Source: Vulcanimicrobiota bacterium (lineage in GTDB: Bacteria; Vulcanimicrobiota; Vulcanimicrobiia; Vulcanimicrobiales; Vulcanimicrobiaceae). Taken from it: a stretch of DNA of 64,000 nucleotides. The stretch covers positions 12,320 through 76,319 of the forward strand of contig PLCF01000014.1 of the NCBI GenBank assembly GCA_003135555.1. The letters run 5' to 3'. Positions 48,331 through 58,020 of the stretch are shown here, one piece after another. The first letter of the stretch is position 1. Every line of letters begins with the position of its first letter. The notes beneath the pieces are model-generated. The model was not told where the DNA came from. It saw only the letters and a program-made list of their open reading frames with translations, and ran no database searches. The translations under genes and the position numbers were made by a program.

Positions 48331-49922
48331 CCGACCGCGCGCCGTATGACGCTATCGTCATCGGCGGCGGTCACAACGGTCTGGTCACGGCGTGCTACCT
48401 GGCGCGCGCGAAGTGGAAGGTGCTCGTCGTGGAGCGCCGCTACATCGTCGGCGGGGCGTGCGTTACCGAAGAGAACATCTTCCCGGGATACAAAGTCTCG
48501 ACCGCGGCCTACGTCAACAGTCTGTTCCGACCCGAGATCATTCGCGACTTGCACCTGCGCGACTACGGCTTCCAGCTGCTCGAGCGCAGCCCGTCGTCGT
48601 TCTCTCCCTTCGCCGGCGGCCGCTACCTCATGCTCGGCGCGGACCCGGCGTTCAACGAACGCGAGATCGCCAAGTTCAGCCCGGCCGACGCTCAGAGTTA
48701 CCCGAGGTATCTGGCGATGCTCGAGCGCGTCGCCGCGGTGATCGAGCCGACCCTGACCCAAACCCCGCCCAATCCGGTGCGCCCGGGGATCGGCGACCTG
48801 CTGGCGCTGGGGCGGCTCGGCCTGGGCGCGAAGCGGCTCGACGGAGCGCTGGGCGAGGCGGTCGAGATCCTGACCGGCGCAGCGCGGCCGATCCTCGATC
48901 GCTGGTTCGAATCCGAAGAGCTCAAGGCGACGCTGGCGACCGACGCGATCATCGGCGCGTTCGCCGCACCGTCGATGCCCGGCACGGCGTACGTCCTGTT
49001 CCACCACGTCATGGGCGAGACCAACGGCGCGCGCGGCGTGTGGAGCTACGTCAAGGGCGGGATGGGCGGGCTCACCCAAGCGCTGGCGCGCGCCGCGACC
49101 GAGCTCGGTGTCGAGATCCGCACCGAAGCCGAGGTGACGCGCATCCTGGTCGAAAACGGGGCCGCCACCGGCGTGGTCTTGGCCAACGGTGACGAGCTGC
49201 GCGCGCAGCACGTCGCCAGCGGCGTCGACTGCCGGTTGACGTTCGAGACCTTCCTCGAGCCGCATCAGCTGCCCGCGGAGTTTCTCGCCGAGATCAGGCG
49301 TATCGACTACAGCAGCGCCTCGGTGAAGATCAACGTCGCACTCTCCGCGCTTCCGAACTTCAGCGCGTGTCCGGGGAGCGAGGCCGGACCGCAGCACCGC
49401 GGAACGATCCATCTCTGCCCGGATCAAGATTACATCGAGCGCAGCTACGACGAAGCGAAATACGGTGTCCCGTCGTCGCGCCCGGTCGTCGAGTGTACGA
49501 TCCCGTCAGCGGTCGACCCGACCGTCGCGCCCGCGGGGCGCCACCTCATGTCGATGTTCTGTCAGTATGCGCCGTATCGGCTGCGCGACGGGCACTGGGA
49601 CGACGCCGCACGGAACGCCTTCGCCGACAGCTGCTTCGACGTGGTGGAAGAGTACGCACCGGGCTTCAATGCCACGGTGCTCGATCGCCAGGTGCTCAGC
49701 CCGGTCGACATCGAGGCGACTTTCGGGCTCACCGGCGGCAACATTTTTCAGGGGTCGATGAGTCTGAACAAGTTGTTCATGTTTCGTCCCGTGCCGGGCT
49801 ACGCTAACTACCGCACGCCGATCAAGCGGCTCTTCCTGTGCGGATCGGCGGCGCACCCCGGCGGCGGCGTGATGGGCGCATCGGGCTGGAACGCCGCCCG
49901 CGAAATGCTCAAAAGCCGCTGA
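48327..49922 (+). CDS. Phytoene-dehydrogenase-like FAD oxidoreductase (PYROXD2-like)
   Basis: IGGGHNGL, GGACVTEE, GGMG, GGNIFQG, HPGGGVMG. Confidence 0.9.
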   Translation: MTDRAPYDAIVIGGGHNGLVTACYLARAKWKVLVVERRYIVGGACVTEENIFPGYKVSTAAYVNSLFRPEIIRDLHLRDYGFQLLERSPSSFSPFAGGRYLMLGADPAFNEREIAKFSPADAQSYPRYLAMLERVAAVIEPTLTQTPPNPVRPGIGDLLALGRLGLGAKRLDGALGEAVEILTGAARPILDRWFESEELKATLATDAIIGAFAAPSMPGTAYVLFHHVMGETNGARGVWSYVKGGMGGLTQALARAATELGVEIRTEAEVTRILVENGAATGVVLANGDELRAQHVASGVDCRLTFETFLEPHQLPAEFLAEIRRIDYSSASVKINVALSALPNFSACPGSEAGPQHRGTIHLCPDQDYIERSYDEAKYGVPSSRPVVECTIPSAVDPTVAPAGRHLMSMFCQYAPYRLRDGHWDDAARNAFADSCFDVVEEYAPGFNATVLDRQVLSPVDIEATFGLTGGNIFQGSMSLNKLFMFRPVPGYANYRTPIKRLFLCGSAAHPGGGVMGASGWNAAREMLKSR

Positions 49923-50020
49923 CGCCGCACGCCTGCGTTCGCCGAAACGGCGCGAGAGAGGCGGCGGTCGCGGCGAAGCGGAAGGCGGTTTCCTCGACCA
50001 CTTTTCGGAGGCATCATTCG

Positions 50021-50506
50021 ATGAAATTCCACCTTTCCACGGCCGCCCTCGGCGCGGCGCTCGTGTTCGCCGCGACCGTACCGGTCGGCGCGCAAGGCAC
50101 CGGCGGTTCGCCCGGCCACATGAGCAAAAAGCCCGCCATGATGATGGCCGGGCCGCATCAGGTCACGGTCGCGCTCAAAGCCCTCAACGGTTCGGGCGAG
50201 TCCGGCAAGGCCGTTCTCAAGGACACGGCGGGCGGTCTGTCGGTGATGCTCACGCTGACCGGCGGCCCCGCCGGCGTAGCCCAGCCCGCGCACATCCACA
50301 AAGGCACCTGCGCGAAGCTCGACCCCAAGCCCGAGTACCCATTGACCAGCGTGGTCGGCGACGTGTCGAAGACCACCGTCCCCGGCGTGACGATCGCGAA
50401 GCTGCTGGCCGGCCCCAACGCGATCAACGTCCACAAGTCTGCCAAGGCGATCCCGACCTACGTGTCATGCGGCGACATCGCTGCAATGAAGCACGGGTCG
50501 ATGTAA
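50021..50506 (+). CDS. Secreted CHRD / Cu-Zn-SOD-like small protein, Met-rich
   Basis: GGAGG RBS; QPAHIHKGTC, AINVHKS, YVSCGDI. Confidence 0.75.
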   Translation: MKFHLSTAALGAALVFAATVPVGAQGTGGSPGHMSKKPAMMMAGPHQVTVALKALNGSGESGKAVLKDTAGGLSVMLTLTGGPAGVAQPAHIHKGTCAKLDPKPEYPLTSVVGDVSKTTVPGVTIAKLLAGPNAINVHKSAKAIPTYVSCGDIAAMKHGSM

Positions 50507-50527
50507 CGGTTTCTTGACCCATCCTGC

Positions 50528-50560
50528 GAGGGGGCCGTCGTTGCGGTCCCCTCTTTTTTT
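50528..50560 (+). terminator. Intrinsic terminator
   Basis: GAGGGGGCCG...CGGTCCCCTC followed by a T run. Confidence 0.8.
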
Positions 50561-50622
50561 CGCAGGCTGAGGACAGCGTGCCGCGAAGGGATGCCAACTC
50601 GCTTCTAGTGGGAGGTTTTCGC

Positions 50623-51045
50623 TTGCTGAAGTCCGTTCTGTTCGCCGCCGCCGGTGCGGCGCTCGTCATCGGGGTAACCGCCCAGGCCCCCACACCGGTA
50701 CGCAAGATGCCGAGTCAGCTTCGCTTGGCCGCGCAAAACAATTCAGCCGAGCAGGGTACTGCCACGCTGTATGACGGCGTCAACGGACTCATCGTGAAGC
50801 TGCGCCTCGCGGGCGGTGCCGAAGGGGTCGACCAGCCGGCGCACATTCACAAGGGGACGTGCGACAAGCTCGATCCGAAGCCGACGTACGGGCTCAAGAG
50901 CGTGCACGACGGACAATCGGAGACGACCGTCTCGGGGATCACGCTAGCGATGCTGCAGAAGTCGCCGTACGCGATCAACGTCCACAAGTCGGCCAAGGAG
51001 GCTGCGATCTATGTCTCCTGCGGGAACATCACCGCGCCCAAGTAG
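50623..51045 (+). CDS. Secreted CHRD / Cu-Zn-SOD-like small protein, tandem paralog
   Basis: GGAGG RBS and TTG start; QPAHIHKGTC, AINVHKS, YVSCGNI. Confidence 0.75.
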   Translation: MLKSVLFAAAGAALVIGVTAQAPTPVRKMPSQLRLAAQNNSAEQGTATLYDGVNGLIVKLRLAGGAEGVDQPAHIHKGTCDKLDPKPTYGLKSVHDGQSETTVSGITLAMLQKSPYAINVHKSAKEAAIYVSCGNITAPK

Positions 51046-51118
51046 CCACCCGCCGTTCAACGAGGGTGCCGCGCACAACGCGGCGCCCTCGCGTTTCGGG
51101 GCGCCGTCGCTCGACGAG

Positions 51119-51655
51119 ATGCCCGACGACATCCGCGCGGTCGTCGAGGACTCGCGCGCGAAGCTCGGCTTCGTCCCCAACGTCTTTCTGGCGTATGCAA
51201 AACGCCCCGAGCACTTCCGCGCCTTCATGCACTATCACGATCTGCTCATGAAGGGACCCAGCGGGCTCTCGCGCGCCGAACGCGAGGCGATCGTCGTCGC
51301 GGTATCGGCCGAGAACGAGTGCCTGTATTGCGTGACCGCACACGGTGCGGCGCTCCGGATCCTCGGCAAAGACCCGCTCGTCGCCGACCAGATCGCGACG
51401 AACTGGCGCACCGCGGATCTGACGCCGCGCTTGCGTGAGATCCTGACCTTCGCATCGCGCGTGAACGAACCGGGATTCGTCGCGAGCGACAAAGAGCTCG
51501 CCGAGCTCAAGGCGGTCGGCCTGAGCGACGACGACGCTTGGGACATCGCATCGATTGCCGGCTTCTTCGGCTTCTCCAACCGCATGGCGGGGTTGATGGA
51601 CATGCGCCCTAACCCGCAATTCTACGCGATGGGACGGCCGGGGACCGCACGGTGA
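51119..51655 (+). CDS. AhpD/CMD-like peroxidase-related protein
   Basis: LGFVPNVF, LSRAEREAI, NECLYCVTAHGA, SNRMA; the true start may lie upstream (frame open from 51011). Confidence 0.88.
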   Translation: MPDDIRAVVEDSRAKLGFVPNVFLAYAKRPEHFRAFMHYHDLLMKGPSGLSRAEREAIVVAVSAENECLYCVTAHGAALRILGKDPLVADQIATNWRTADLTPRLREILTFASRVNEPGFVASDKELAELKAVGLSDDDAWDIASIAGFFGFSNRMAGLMDMRPNPQFYAMGRPGTAR

Positions 51656-51732
51656 AGCGGCTGCGCGCGGCGCGCCGGTAGCCGCGTCTCCCCTAGTCGG
51701 GCTACATCCGAGATCGAGTTGCGTGAAAGCGG

Positions 51733-52785
51733 GTGGCTGACATTCAAGAACGCTTCAGACGTCTCCGAATAAGGACCAGTCACACGCGCCAGAGACTTCT
51801 CTGGCACACCCGGAAGTTCGTTGAACCGGAATCCCTCGGCCGATTCTATCCGGCGCTCATCGTGTTGCTGACTATTGCCGGCGCGGTCTTGTTCTTCGTT
51901 CCGGGATCATTGGCGCTAACGTTTTTCTGGCTTTCGGCTGCAATGAGCCTGGCGGTCGCATTTGTGATGGCGCGCGAGCACCGAAACCAGGGAAGCTCGC
52001 TGAACCCGAAGCTTCACTATAGAATTCGCGCCGGCGAGCCCGATGATGCCGAGCGACTGTATGAAACGCTGTGCGACTCATTTCATTCCGATAGCGGCGA
52101 TCGGGAGGGTCTTACTCCAACCGCAGTCTTCGCGACGTGGCTCGCCAACGCGAAGGTCCAGTATCGGCTCATTGAAACCGTCGATCGCAGGGACCGCGTC
52201 CACATGCTAAAGGGCTTCTACTCCATACATCCACTGACCGAAGGAGCGTACGAAGCACTCAAGCACACGCGGCTTCACCACGACAGCATCTCGGACGAGC
52301 ACTTGGTAGCCATGAACGTCAATGGCTCCCGGACCGACTCGCGCGAAGGCATCGTTCTTTTCATACTCGATCTTGAAACCACTCGACAAGGCATGGACCG
52401 AAAGGCTGCCGCGTACCTGTTGGTGGATTTGCTCGAGCAGATTCGACGCGCAATCTCGTGCAACACGGTGCTTACCATTGCCGCTTTGGGAGCTTCGAAA
52501 GAAGGCAAGGACTGGTGCGAAAAGCTGGGGCTAAAACTCGCCAGCAGATACTTCGTCAGCGACTACGGAGATTGGGGGATCTACGCTACGCCTCGCATGT
52601 CGATCGCGCGATACATCGAGATGTTGTTGGGTAACGGCTGGCCGCAGGGCATTCGAGAAGCGAGCTACCCCTACGAGGTCGATGCGCGAATCGAGCAGGC
52701 CGTTTGCATTCTCAACGAATCGCTTTCCGAGCTTCATGCAAAGCGACCTCGAAAAGCGCCGGTTCGGGGGCGACGATCGTCGTGA
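51733..52785 (+). CDS. Hypothetical protein with two TM helices and a possible GNAT-like domain; atypical composition
   Basis: 350-aa ORF, visibly more AT-rich than its neighbours; RAG..DD...L and S.EG...CEKLG patterns. Confidence 0.65.
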   Translation: MADIQERFRRLRIRTSHTRQRLLWHTRKFVEPESLGRFYPALIVLLTIAGAVLFFVPGSLALTFFWLSAAMSLAVAFVMAREHRNQGSSLNPKLHYRIRAGEPDDAERLYETLCDSFHSDSGDREGLTPTAVFATWLANAKVQYRLIETVDRRDRVHMLKGFYSIHPLTEGAYEALKHTRLHHDSISDEHLVAMNVNGSRTDSREGIVLFILDLETTRQGMDRKAAAYLLVDLLEQIRRAISCNTVLTIAALGASKEGKDWCEKLGLKLASRYFVSDYGDWGIYATPRMSIARYIEMLLGNGWPQGIREASYPYEVDARIEQAVCILNESLSELHAKRPRKAPVRGRRSS

Positions 52786-52790
52786 GCGTT

Positions 52791-53762
52791 TTAGCCGGCG
52801 ATGCAGGCGGCGAAGGTGGCGGGGTCGACGTTGCCGCCGCTGATGACGACGCCGACGCGCGCGCTGCGGACGTCGATCTTTTCGAACAAGAGCGCCGCCA
52901 GCGCTGAGGCGCCGCTCGGTTCGACGACGAGCTTGAGGCGTTCGAACGCGAAGCGCATCGCGGCGCGGATCTCGTCGTCGGTTACGGTCACCACTCCCGC
53001 GGCGAGCCGGCGCACGATCGGCCAGGTCAGCTCGCCGGGGGCTTGCGTCTGCTGGCCGTCGGCAATCGTTTTCGGTACCGGGATCGCGACGATGCGGTCC
53101 TCGCGCCACGAGCGCACCCAGTCGTCGCCGGCTTCCGGCTCGACGCCGTAGATCCGCACGCCCGGCGAGAGCGCGCTCGCCGCGAGCGAGCAGCCCGAAA
53201 GCAGTCCGCCGCCCCCGAGCGGCACCATCAGCACGTCGAGCGCGCCGGCGTCTTCGAGCAGCTCCAACGCGACGGTGCCCTGGCCCGCGATGATCGCCGG
53301 ATCGTCGTAGGGAGGGACGAGCGTTGCACCGCGCTCGGCGGCGATCGACGCCGCCAACTCCGAGCGATTCATCCGCTCGCGGTCGTAGGTCACGATCTCG
53401 GCGCCGTAGCCGCGCGTCGCGGCGAGCTTAGCCGCGGGGGCGTCGGACGGCATGACGATCGTCGCGGCAACCTCCAGCAGCTTCGCCGCCAGCGCGACGC
53501 CCTGCGCGTGGTTGCCGCTCGAGAACGCCACCACACCGCCGCGCCGCTGCTCGAGGGTCAGTTGCGCGATCTTGTTGTAGGCGCCGCGGAACTTGAACGC
53601 ACCGATCCGCTGCAGGTTCTCGGCTTTGAGGAAAACGTGCGCGCCGGTCTGCCCGTCGAGCGTCGCTGAGGTGACCACCGGCGTGCGGTGGGCGACGCCG
53701 CGCAGCCGCTCCGCCGCCTCCCGAACGTCGGCGAACGATGCGGCGAGGCCGGTTTCGATCAC
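52791..53762 (-). CDS. Threonine/serine dehydratase (serine racemase-like)
   Basis: KAENLQRIGAFKFRGA, SSGNHAQG, GGGGL, SGGNVD. Confidence 0.92.
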   Translation of the reverse strand: MIETGLAASFADVREAAERLRGVAHRTPVVTSATLDGQTGAHVFLKAENLQRIGAFKFRGAYNKIAQLTLEQRRGGVVAFSSGNHAQGVALAAKLLEVAATIVMPSDAPAAKLAATRGYGAEIVTYDRERMNRSELAASIAAERGATLVPPYDDPAIIAGQGTVALELLEDAGALDVLMVPLGGGGLLSGCSLAASALSPGVRIYGVEPEAGDDWVRSWREDRIVAIPVPKTIADGQQTQAPGELTWPIVRRLAAGVVTVTDDEIRAAMRFAFERLKLVVEPSGASALAALLFEKIDVRSARVGVVISGGNVDPATFAACIAG

Positions 53763-54205
53763 TTCGGGATCTTGTGGTAGTCGAATCGGAAGATCTTGTC
53801 CTGGGGATCGAACTTGATCTTCTCGTGGACCGTGCCGTTCTGGAACGCCACGTCGAACTCGTGAACGCGCTCGCCGTCGTTCGGCGGCGTGTTTTCCTTG
53901 ATGTGCACGATCTTGCCGAGCGGGGCGAGGACGTCGGCGGCGTGGCCCAACCGTCCATGGCCCATCTCCGCGGCGCTCTCGGAGTTCTGTAGCTTCACAG
54001 CCGCGGCGTAGTCGTTGCTCTGGATCGCTTGCGTGAAGTCGTGCGCGATCTGCTCGTATTTGTTCTCATGTCCCGAGCAAGCCCGGACGAGCAACACCAA
54101 GACGACGACGAACACCGCCAGGATGATGAGCTGGTTCTGGCGCGAGCGCGGGTTAGGCGTCGTAACCGCACGCGGCTGCGGCGGACCGGGGGTGACGTTC
54201 GTCAC
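53759..54205 (-). CDS. Hypothetical membrane-anchored protein
   Basis: One TM helix LIILAVFVVVLVLLV; GTGA overlaps on both sides. Confidence 0.7.
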   Translation of the reverse strand: MTNVTPGPPQPRAVTTPNPRSRQNQLIILAVFVVVLVLLVRACSGHENKYEQIAHDFTQAIQSNDYAAAVKLQNSESAAEMGHGRLGHAADVLAPLGKIVHIKENTPPNDGERVHEFDVAFQNGTVHEKIKFDPQDKIFRFDYHKIPK

Positions 54206-55830
54206 GCCGGCACGCCGCGCGCGAGATCGCGCGCTCCGAAGGGCTCGAAGGTCAGGCCGGGGTTCCACTGCTGCGCCAGACCGATGCCCCACTCGCTCTC
54301 GAAGAGCGCGAGCGCGTCGCCGTCCCAGTCTTCGACCAGGCGGGCGCTGGAGCCGAGGGTCGCCGCGGCCACGCCGTCGACCGGTCCTGCGCCCGTCGCA
54401 CGGCTGCGCACCCGGCGCGCGGTCGTATAGGGGAGAGTTTGGAACACCGTCTTCACGTTGTACTCCGCCTCCAAGCGATACTTGACGACCTCGAACTGGA
54501 GCGCGCCGACCGCCCCGAGGATCGGCTCGATCCGGGTCTGTCCGTAAGGATAGAAGACCTGGATCGCTCCCTCCTCGCGAAGCTGCGCGATCCCTTTCTG
54601 AAACGATTTGTAGGTCGCCGTGTCGGTACTGCGGACCAGCGCGAAATGTTCCGGCTCGAAGGCCGGGATCGGCTCGAACCGCACGCCCTCGCCTTCGGCC
54701 AGCGTGTCGCCGATGGCGAAGACGCCGGGGTTCGCCAAGCCGACGACGTCGCCGGCAAACGCGACGTCGACCGATTCGCGGTCCGCGGCGAAGAGCTTCA
54801 TGGCGCGCGTAAGGCGCACGTCCTTGCCGGTCCGCACGTTGCGAACCGTCATGTCGCGTTCGAACTTGCCGCTGCACACCCGCAAGAACGCGATGCGATC
54901 GCGGTGGCGCGGGTCCATGTTGGCCTGAATCTTGAAGACGAAGCCGCTGAAGCGTGGGTCGGTCGGCTCGACCTGGTGCTGCTCGGCATCGATGCGGGGC
55001 GCCGGCGGCGGTCCCATCCGCACGAAGGCGTCGAGGAACAGCTCGACGCCGAAGTTCGTGACCGCCGAACCGAAGAACACCGGCGTCACGTCGCCGCGTA
55101 ACATCGCGGCGTGGTCGAAGTCGGCGCCGGCGCCTTCGAGCAGCTCGAGCTGATCGAGGAATTCGCGGTACGTCCGTTCGTCGACGAGCGCCGCGATCTT
55201 GGGATCGGTCGGCGCCGCCGCGCTGACCGGCGCGCGTTTGGCGCCATGATGCGTGCGTTCGAAGGTGTGCACTTCGCGGCTCTTGCGGTCGTAGACGCCG
55301 CGGAAGGTTTCGCCGTTACCCAACGGCCAGTTCATCGGGTACGCGCCGATGCCCAGCACGTTCTCGAGCTCGTCGAGCAGCTCGAGCGGATCGCGCGACG
55401 GGCGGTCCATCTTGTTGATGAAGGTGAACAACGGGATGCGCCGCGTACGACAGATCGCGAACAGCTTGCGCGTCTGCGGCTCGACGCCTTTGGCGGCGTC
55501 GATCAGCATGACCGCCGAGTCGGCGGCGAGCAGCGTGCGATAGGTATCCTCACCGAAGTCCTGATGGCCCGGCGTGTCGAGCAGGTTCATGGTGTGGTCG
55601 CGATAGGGAAACTGGAGCACCGTCGAGGTGATCGAGATCCCGCGCTCGCGTTCGAGCTCCATCCAGTCCGAGGTCGCGGCGCGCGCGCGGCGGCGCGCGG
55701 CAACCTGGCCGGCGGTGACGATCGCCCCGCCGTACAGGAGCAGCTTCTCGGTGAGCGTCGTCTTGCCGGCGTCAGGATGCGAGATGATCGCGAACGTGCG
55801 GCGCTTGGCGACTTCCGCGCTGATTTCCAT
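54202..55830 (-). CDS. prfC: Peptide chain release factor 3
   Basis: RRTFAIISHPDAGKTT, SDWMELERERGISIT, DTPGH.DF, FKIQANMDPRHRDR. Confidence 0.97.
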   Translation of the reverse strand: MEISAEVAKRRTFAIISHPDAGKTTLTEKLLLYGGAIVTAGQVAARRRARAATSDWMELERERGISITSTVLQFPYRDHTMNLLDTPGHQDFGEDTYRTLLAADSAVMLIDAAKGVEPQTRKLFAICRTRRIPLFTFINKMDRPSRDPLELLDELENVLGIGAYPMNWPLGNGETFRGVYDRKSREVHTFERTHHGAKRAPVSAAAPTDPKIAALVDERTYREFLDQLELLEGAGADFDHAAMLRGDVTPVFFGSAVTNFGVELFLDAFVRMGPPPAPRIDAEQHQVEPTDPRFSGFVFKIQANMDPRHRDRIAFLRVCSGKFERDMTVRNVRTGKDVRLTRAMKLFAADRESVDVAFAGDVVGLANPGVFAIGDTLAEGEGVRFEPIPAFEPEHFALVRSTDTATYKSFQKGIAQLREEGAIQVFYPYGQTRIEPILGAVGALQFEVVKYRLEAEYNVKTVFQTLPYTTARRVRSRATGAGPVDGVAAATLGSSARLVEDWDGDALALFESEWGIGLAQQWNPGLTFEPFGARDLARGVPA

Positions 55831-55961
55831 GACCCGAGCATCGTTCGCCGCGCGCCGGGGAGAACCGCCTGGCACGATGGGGGCCGTTCGCCGCGCGGCG
55901 TACGTTCGCGACCATGACCAAGCGGAAATGCGCACCGCGCGCCGCCGCACCTAGCAGCGTT

Positions 55962-56279
55962 TCAGCTGCGCTCGCCGCAGGCGTACCAGTCCGAGCGCGC
56001 GATCCCGAACTCACACGCGGCATAGGCGAAGGCGTCGGCGAGCGAGTCGTGCAGGGTATCCGTCTGAACCTCGCCGTGCTCGTCGAGGTAGAACAGGTAC
56101 ACGCCGTCGTCGGCGGTGTACCGGCCCAATGCGAGCTCGTAGGGCGGCGCCAGCAGCCCGACGTCGCCGTAGTGGCGCACCACCGGCTGGAGCGCCGCCG
56201 ACGCGCGCACGGCGTCGCTGAGCTGCACCCGGTACAGCGGTTCGGCGCCGTCGATGCGGCCGTCGGTCGAGATCGCCAT
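55962..56279 (-). CDS. Small hypothetical protein
   Basis: Natural-looking 105-aa product with VYLFYLDEHGEVQTDTLHDSLADAFAYA..EFG...W. Confidence 0.6.
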   Translation of the reverse strand: MAISTDGRIDGAEPLYRVQLSDAVRASAALQPVVRHYGDVGLLAPPYELALGRYTADDGVYLFYLDEHGEVQTDTLHDSLADAFAYAACEFGIARSDWYACGERS

Positions 56280-56320
56280 CGCGCCTAGCTTTCCCAATTC
56301 GGCTCGAACTTCCGCAGGGT

Positions 56321-56782
56321 CTAGTAGACGCGGACCTCGGTGCGCCCGGCGTGCTCGTAGACCAGCGTGAGGCCCTGCGGCCCGTGGTAGAGCCGCGCCT
56401 CGGGTGGGACGCGCAAGCGGTCCGCACCACGGTACACCCAAATGTCGTGCGGCCGGACCAGCACCGTGCAGCTGCCCCGCCGTAACGTCGTCCCCGGCGC
56501 GATGCGCAAGGCGTCTTGCGGCATGTCGGGGGCCAGCAGCGCGGACGGCCCCTGGGTCGAGGACTGTTGCGTGAAGCACGCCGGCAACGCGCTCAGAACC
56601 CAGCCGCCTTGTCCGACGAAATGCGGCTCGGGCGCGGCGACGAACCCGGCGTTCGCGTTCGTATGCGGCGGCGGCACCCTCGCCGCGTCGCGGTGCTCGA
56701 CGCGGCTCATCAAGCGGTGTGCCACGACGGCGCTGCCGATCGCGATGACGATCACCGTAGCCGCGACGTAGTAGCGGAGCAA
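56321..56782 (-). CDS. Hypothetical membrane-anchored protein
   Basis: TTG start right after the upstream stop; N-terminal TM helix; WVLSALPACF. Confidence 0.6.
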   Translation of the reverse strand: MLRYYVAATVIVIAIGSAVVAHRLMSRVEHRDAARVPPPHTNANAGFVAAPEPHFVGQGGWVLSALPACFTQQSSTQGPSALLAPDMPQDALRIAPGTTLRRGSCTVLVRPHDIWVYRGADRLRVPPEARLYHGPQGLTLVYEHAGRTEVRVY

Positions 56783-56783
56783 A

Positions 56784-57872
56784 CTAGGCGGCCGACTCTT
56801 CCGCGGCGGCGTAGGGTTCGGCGAGGCGCAAGCCGGCACGTCCGATGCGCGCGTCGGCCATCCCGTAGTAGAACTCGTACGTTCGCTCGCCCAGCTCGCA
56901 GATCGCGGTCGGGAAGACCACGTTGTTGACGATGCCGTGCGTCTCGTCGGGCCCCTCGGGGACCATCACCGGCTCCGGCGACCGGAAGCGCACGATGTGC
57001 GGGCGCTCCGCGTCGTGGACGACGAATCCGGCGCTATACTGCATCGCGTACTTGCCGTCGCCGACCTCGCGCGCGTTGACGCCGTGAAAGATCGAGAACC
57101 AGCCTTCGGCGATACGCACCGGCGGCGTCCCGGCGCCGGTCTTGACGCGGCACCAAGGTGCGTCGGGGATGAGCACGTTTGCACTCTCGCGCACATCGAG
57201 CAGCTGCGCGACGTCGCGCAGCACGGGCTCGAGCGGGATGTACGCGATGCGCGTGCACTCGCGCTCCTCCGGCGGGAGATCGAGCAGCGTCGGGATCGCG
57301 CCGCGGCCGTCCATCGTCGAGAGGCGCAACATCGGCCGATGGTAGAGCGCGATCGAGCGCACGCCCGTCGGCGAGAGCACCGGCTCGGGGAAGAACACGC
57401 CGTCCTTGTCATCACCCTGGTGCAGCCCGGGGGCGAAGCGGACGAGCCCCAGGCGCTCCCAGCGGTAGCCGTCTTGCGACAGGGCGACGGCGATTCGCGG
57501 GCCGTCGGGGCCAAAGGCGGTGTAGGCCATCGCATAGCGGTCCAGCACGGGCACAAAGGTGACCCGCGGGTCCTCGCAACCCATCCCGCCCGGTGCGGTG
57601 CGAATCTCGTACGGTGCGCTGGGCTCGAGCGCGAAGCCCTCGCGCTCGAATCGGAGCTCGTCTCCGTCGCGCACCCCGTGACAGATCTCGACGCGCGAGA
57701 CGTTCCCCTCGGCGACGGCGCGCGGATAGAGCAGCAGCGTACCGTCGCGCGTGACCGCGCTGGCGGGGTTGAGGACGCCCTCGAGTTCCTGCGGGGAGCC
57801 GTTGGGGCTCAGGACGATGCCGCGCCGGGCGATCGTTGCGTCGAAGCGCGCAAGCGCGTCGAGCGATGTCAT
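56784..57872 (-). CDS. GH130-type glycosidase / glycoside phosphorylase
   Basis: GVLNP, GCEDPRV, YTAF, DKDGVFFP, YHRP, NVVFPTA, YYGMAD. Confidence 0.88.
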   Translation of the reverse strand: MTSLDALARFDATIARRGIVLSPNGSPQELEGVLNPASAVTRDGTLLLYPRAVAEGNVSRVEICHGVRDGDELRFEREGFALEPSAPYEIRTAPGGMGCEDPRVTFVPVLDRYAMAYTAFGPDGPRIAVALSQDGYRWERLGLVRFAPGLHQGDDKDGVFFPEPVLSPTGVRSIALYHRPMLRLSTMDGRGAIPTLLDLPPEERECTRIAYIPLEPVLRDVAQLLDVRESANVLIPDAPWCRVKTGAGTPPVRIAEGWFSIFHGVNAREVGDGKYAMQYSAGFVVHDAERPHIVRFRSPEPVMVPEGPDETHGIVNNVVFPTAICELGERTYEFYYGMADARIGRAGLRLAEPYAAAEESAA

Positions 57873-58020
57873 GTGAGCACCCGCGGGTCGACCCCGCCGT
57901 GCAAAACGCGCGCCGTGAACAGCATTCCTACCGAGAAGATATCGACGCCGTCCGCGATTTTCTTCGGAAATCCGTCGCCATAACCGGAACGTAACACGAC
58001 GGCCGGGCGGCTCCGCGCCA

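Noticed and set aside
48327..49922. Carotenoid biosynthesis cluster (crtI/crtO)
   Set aside because: The protein is the generic PYROXD2-like oxidoreductase type, with no crtB or crtE nearby.
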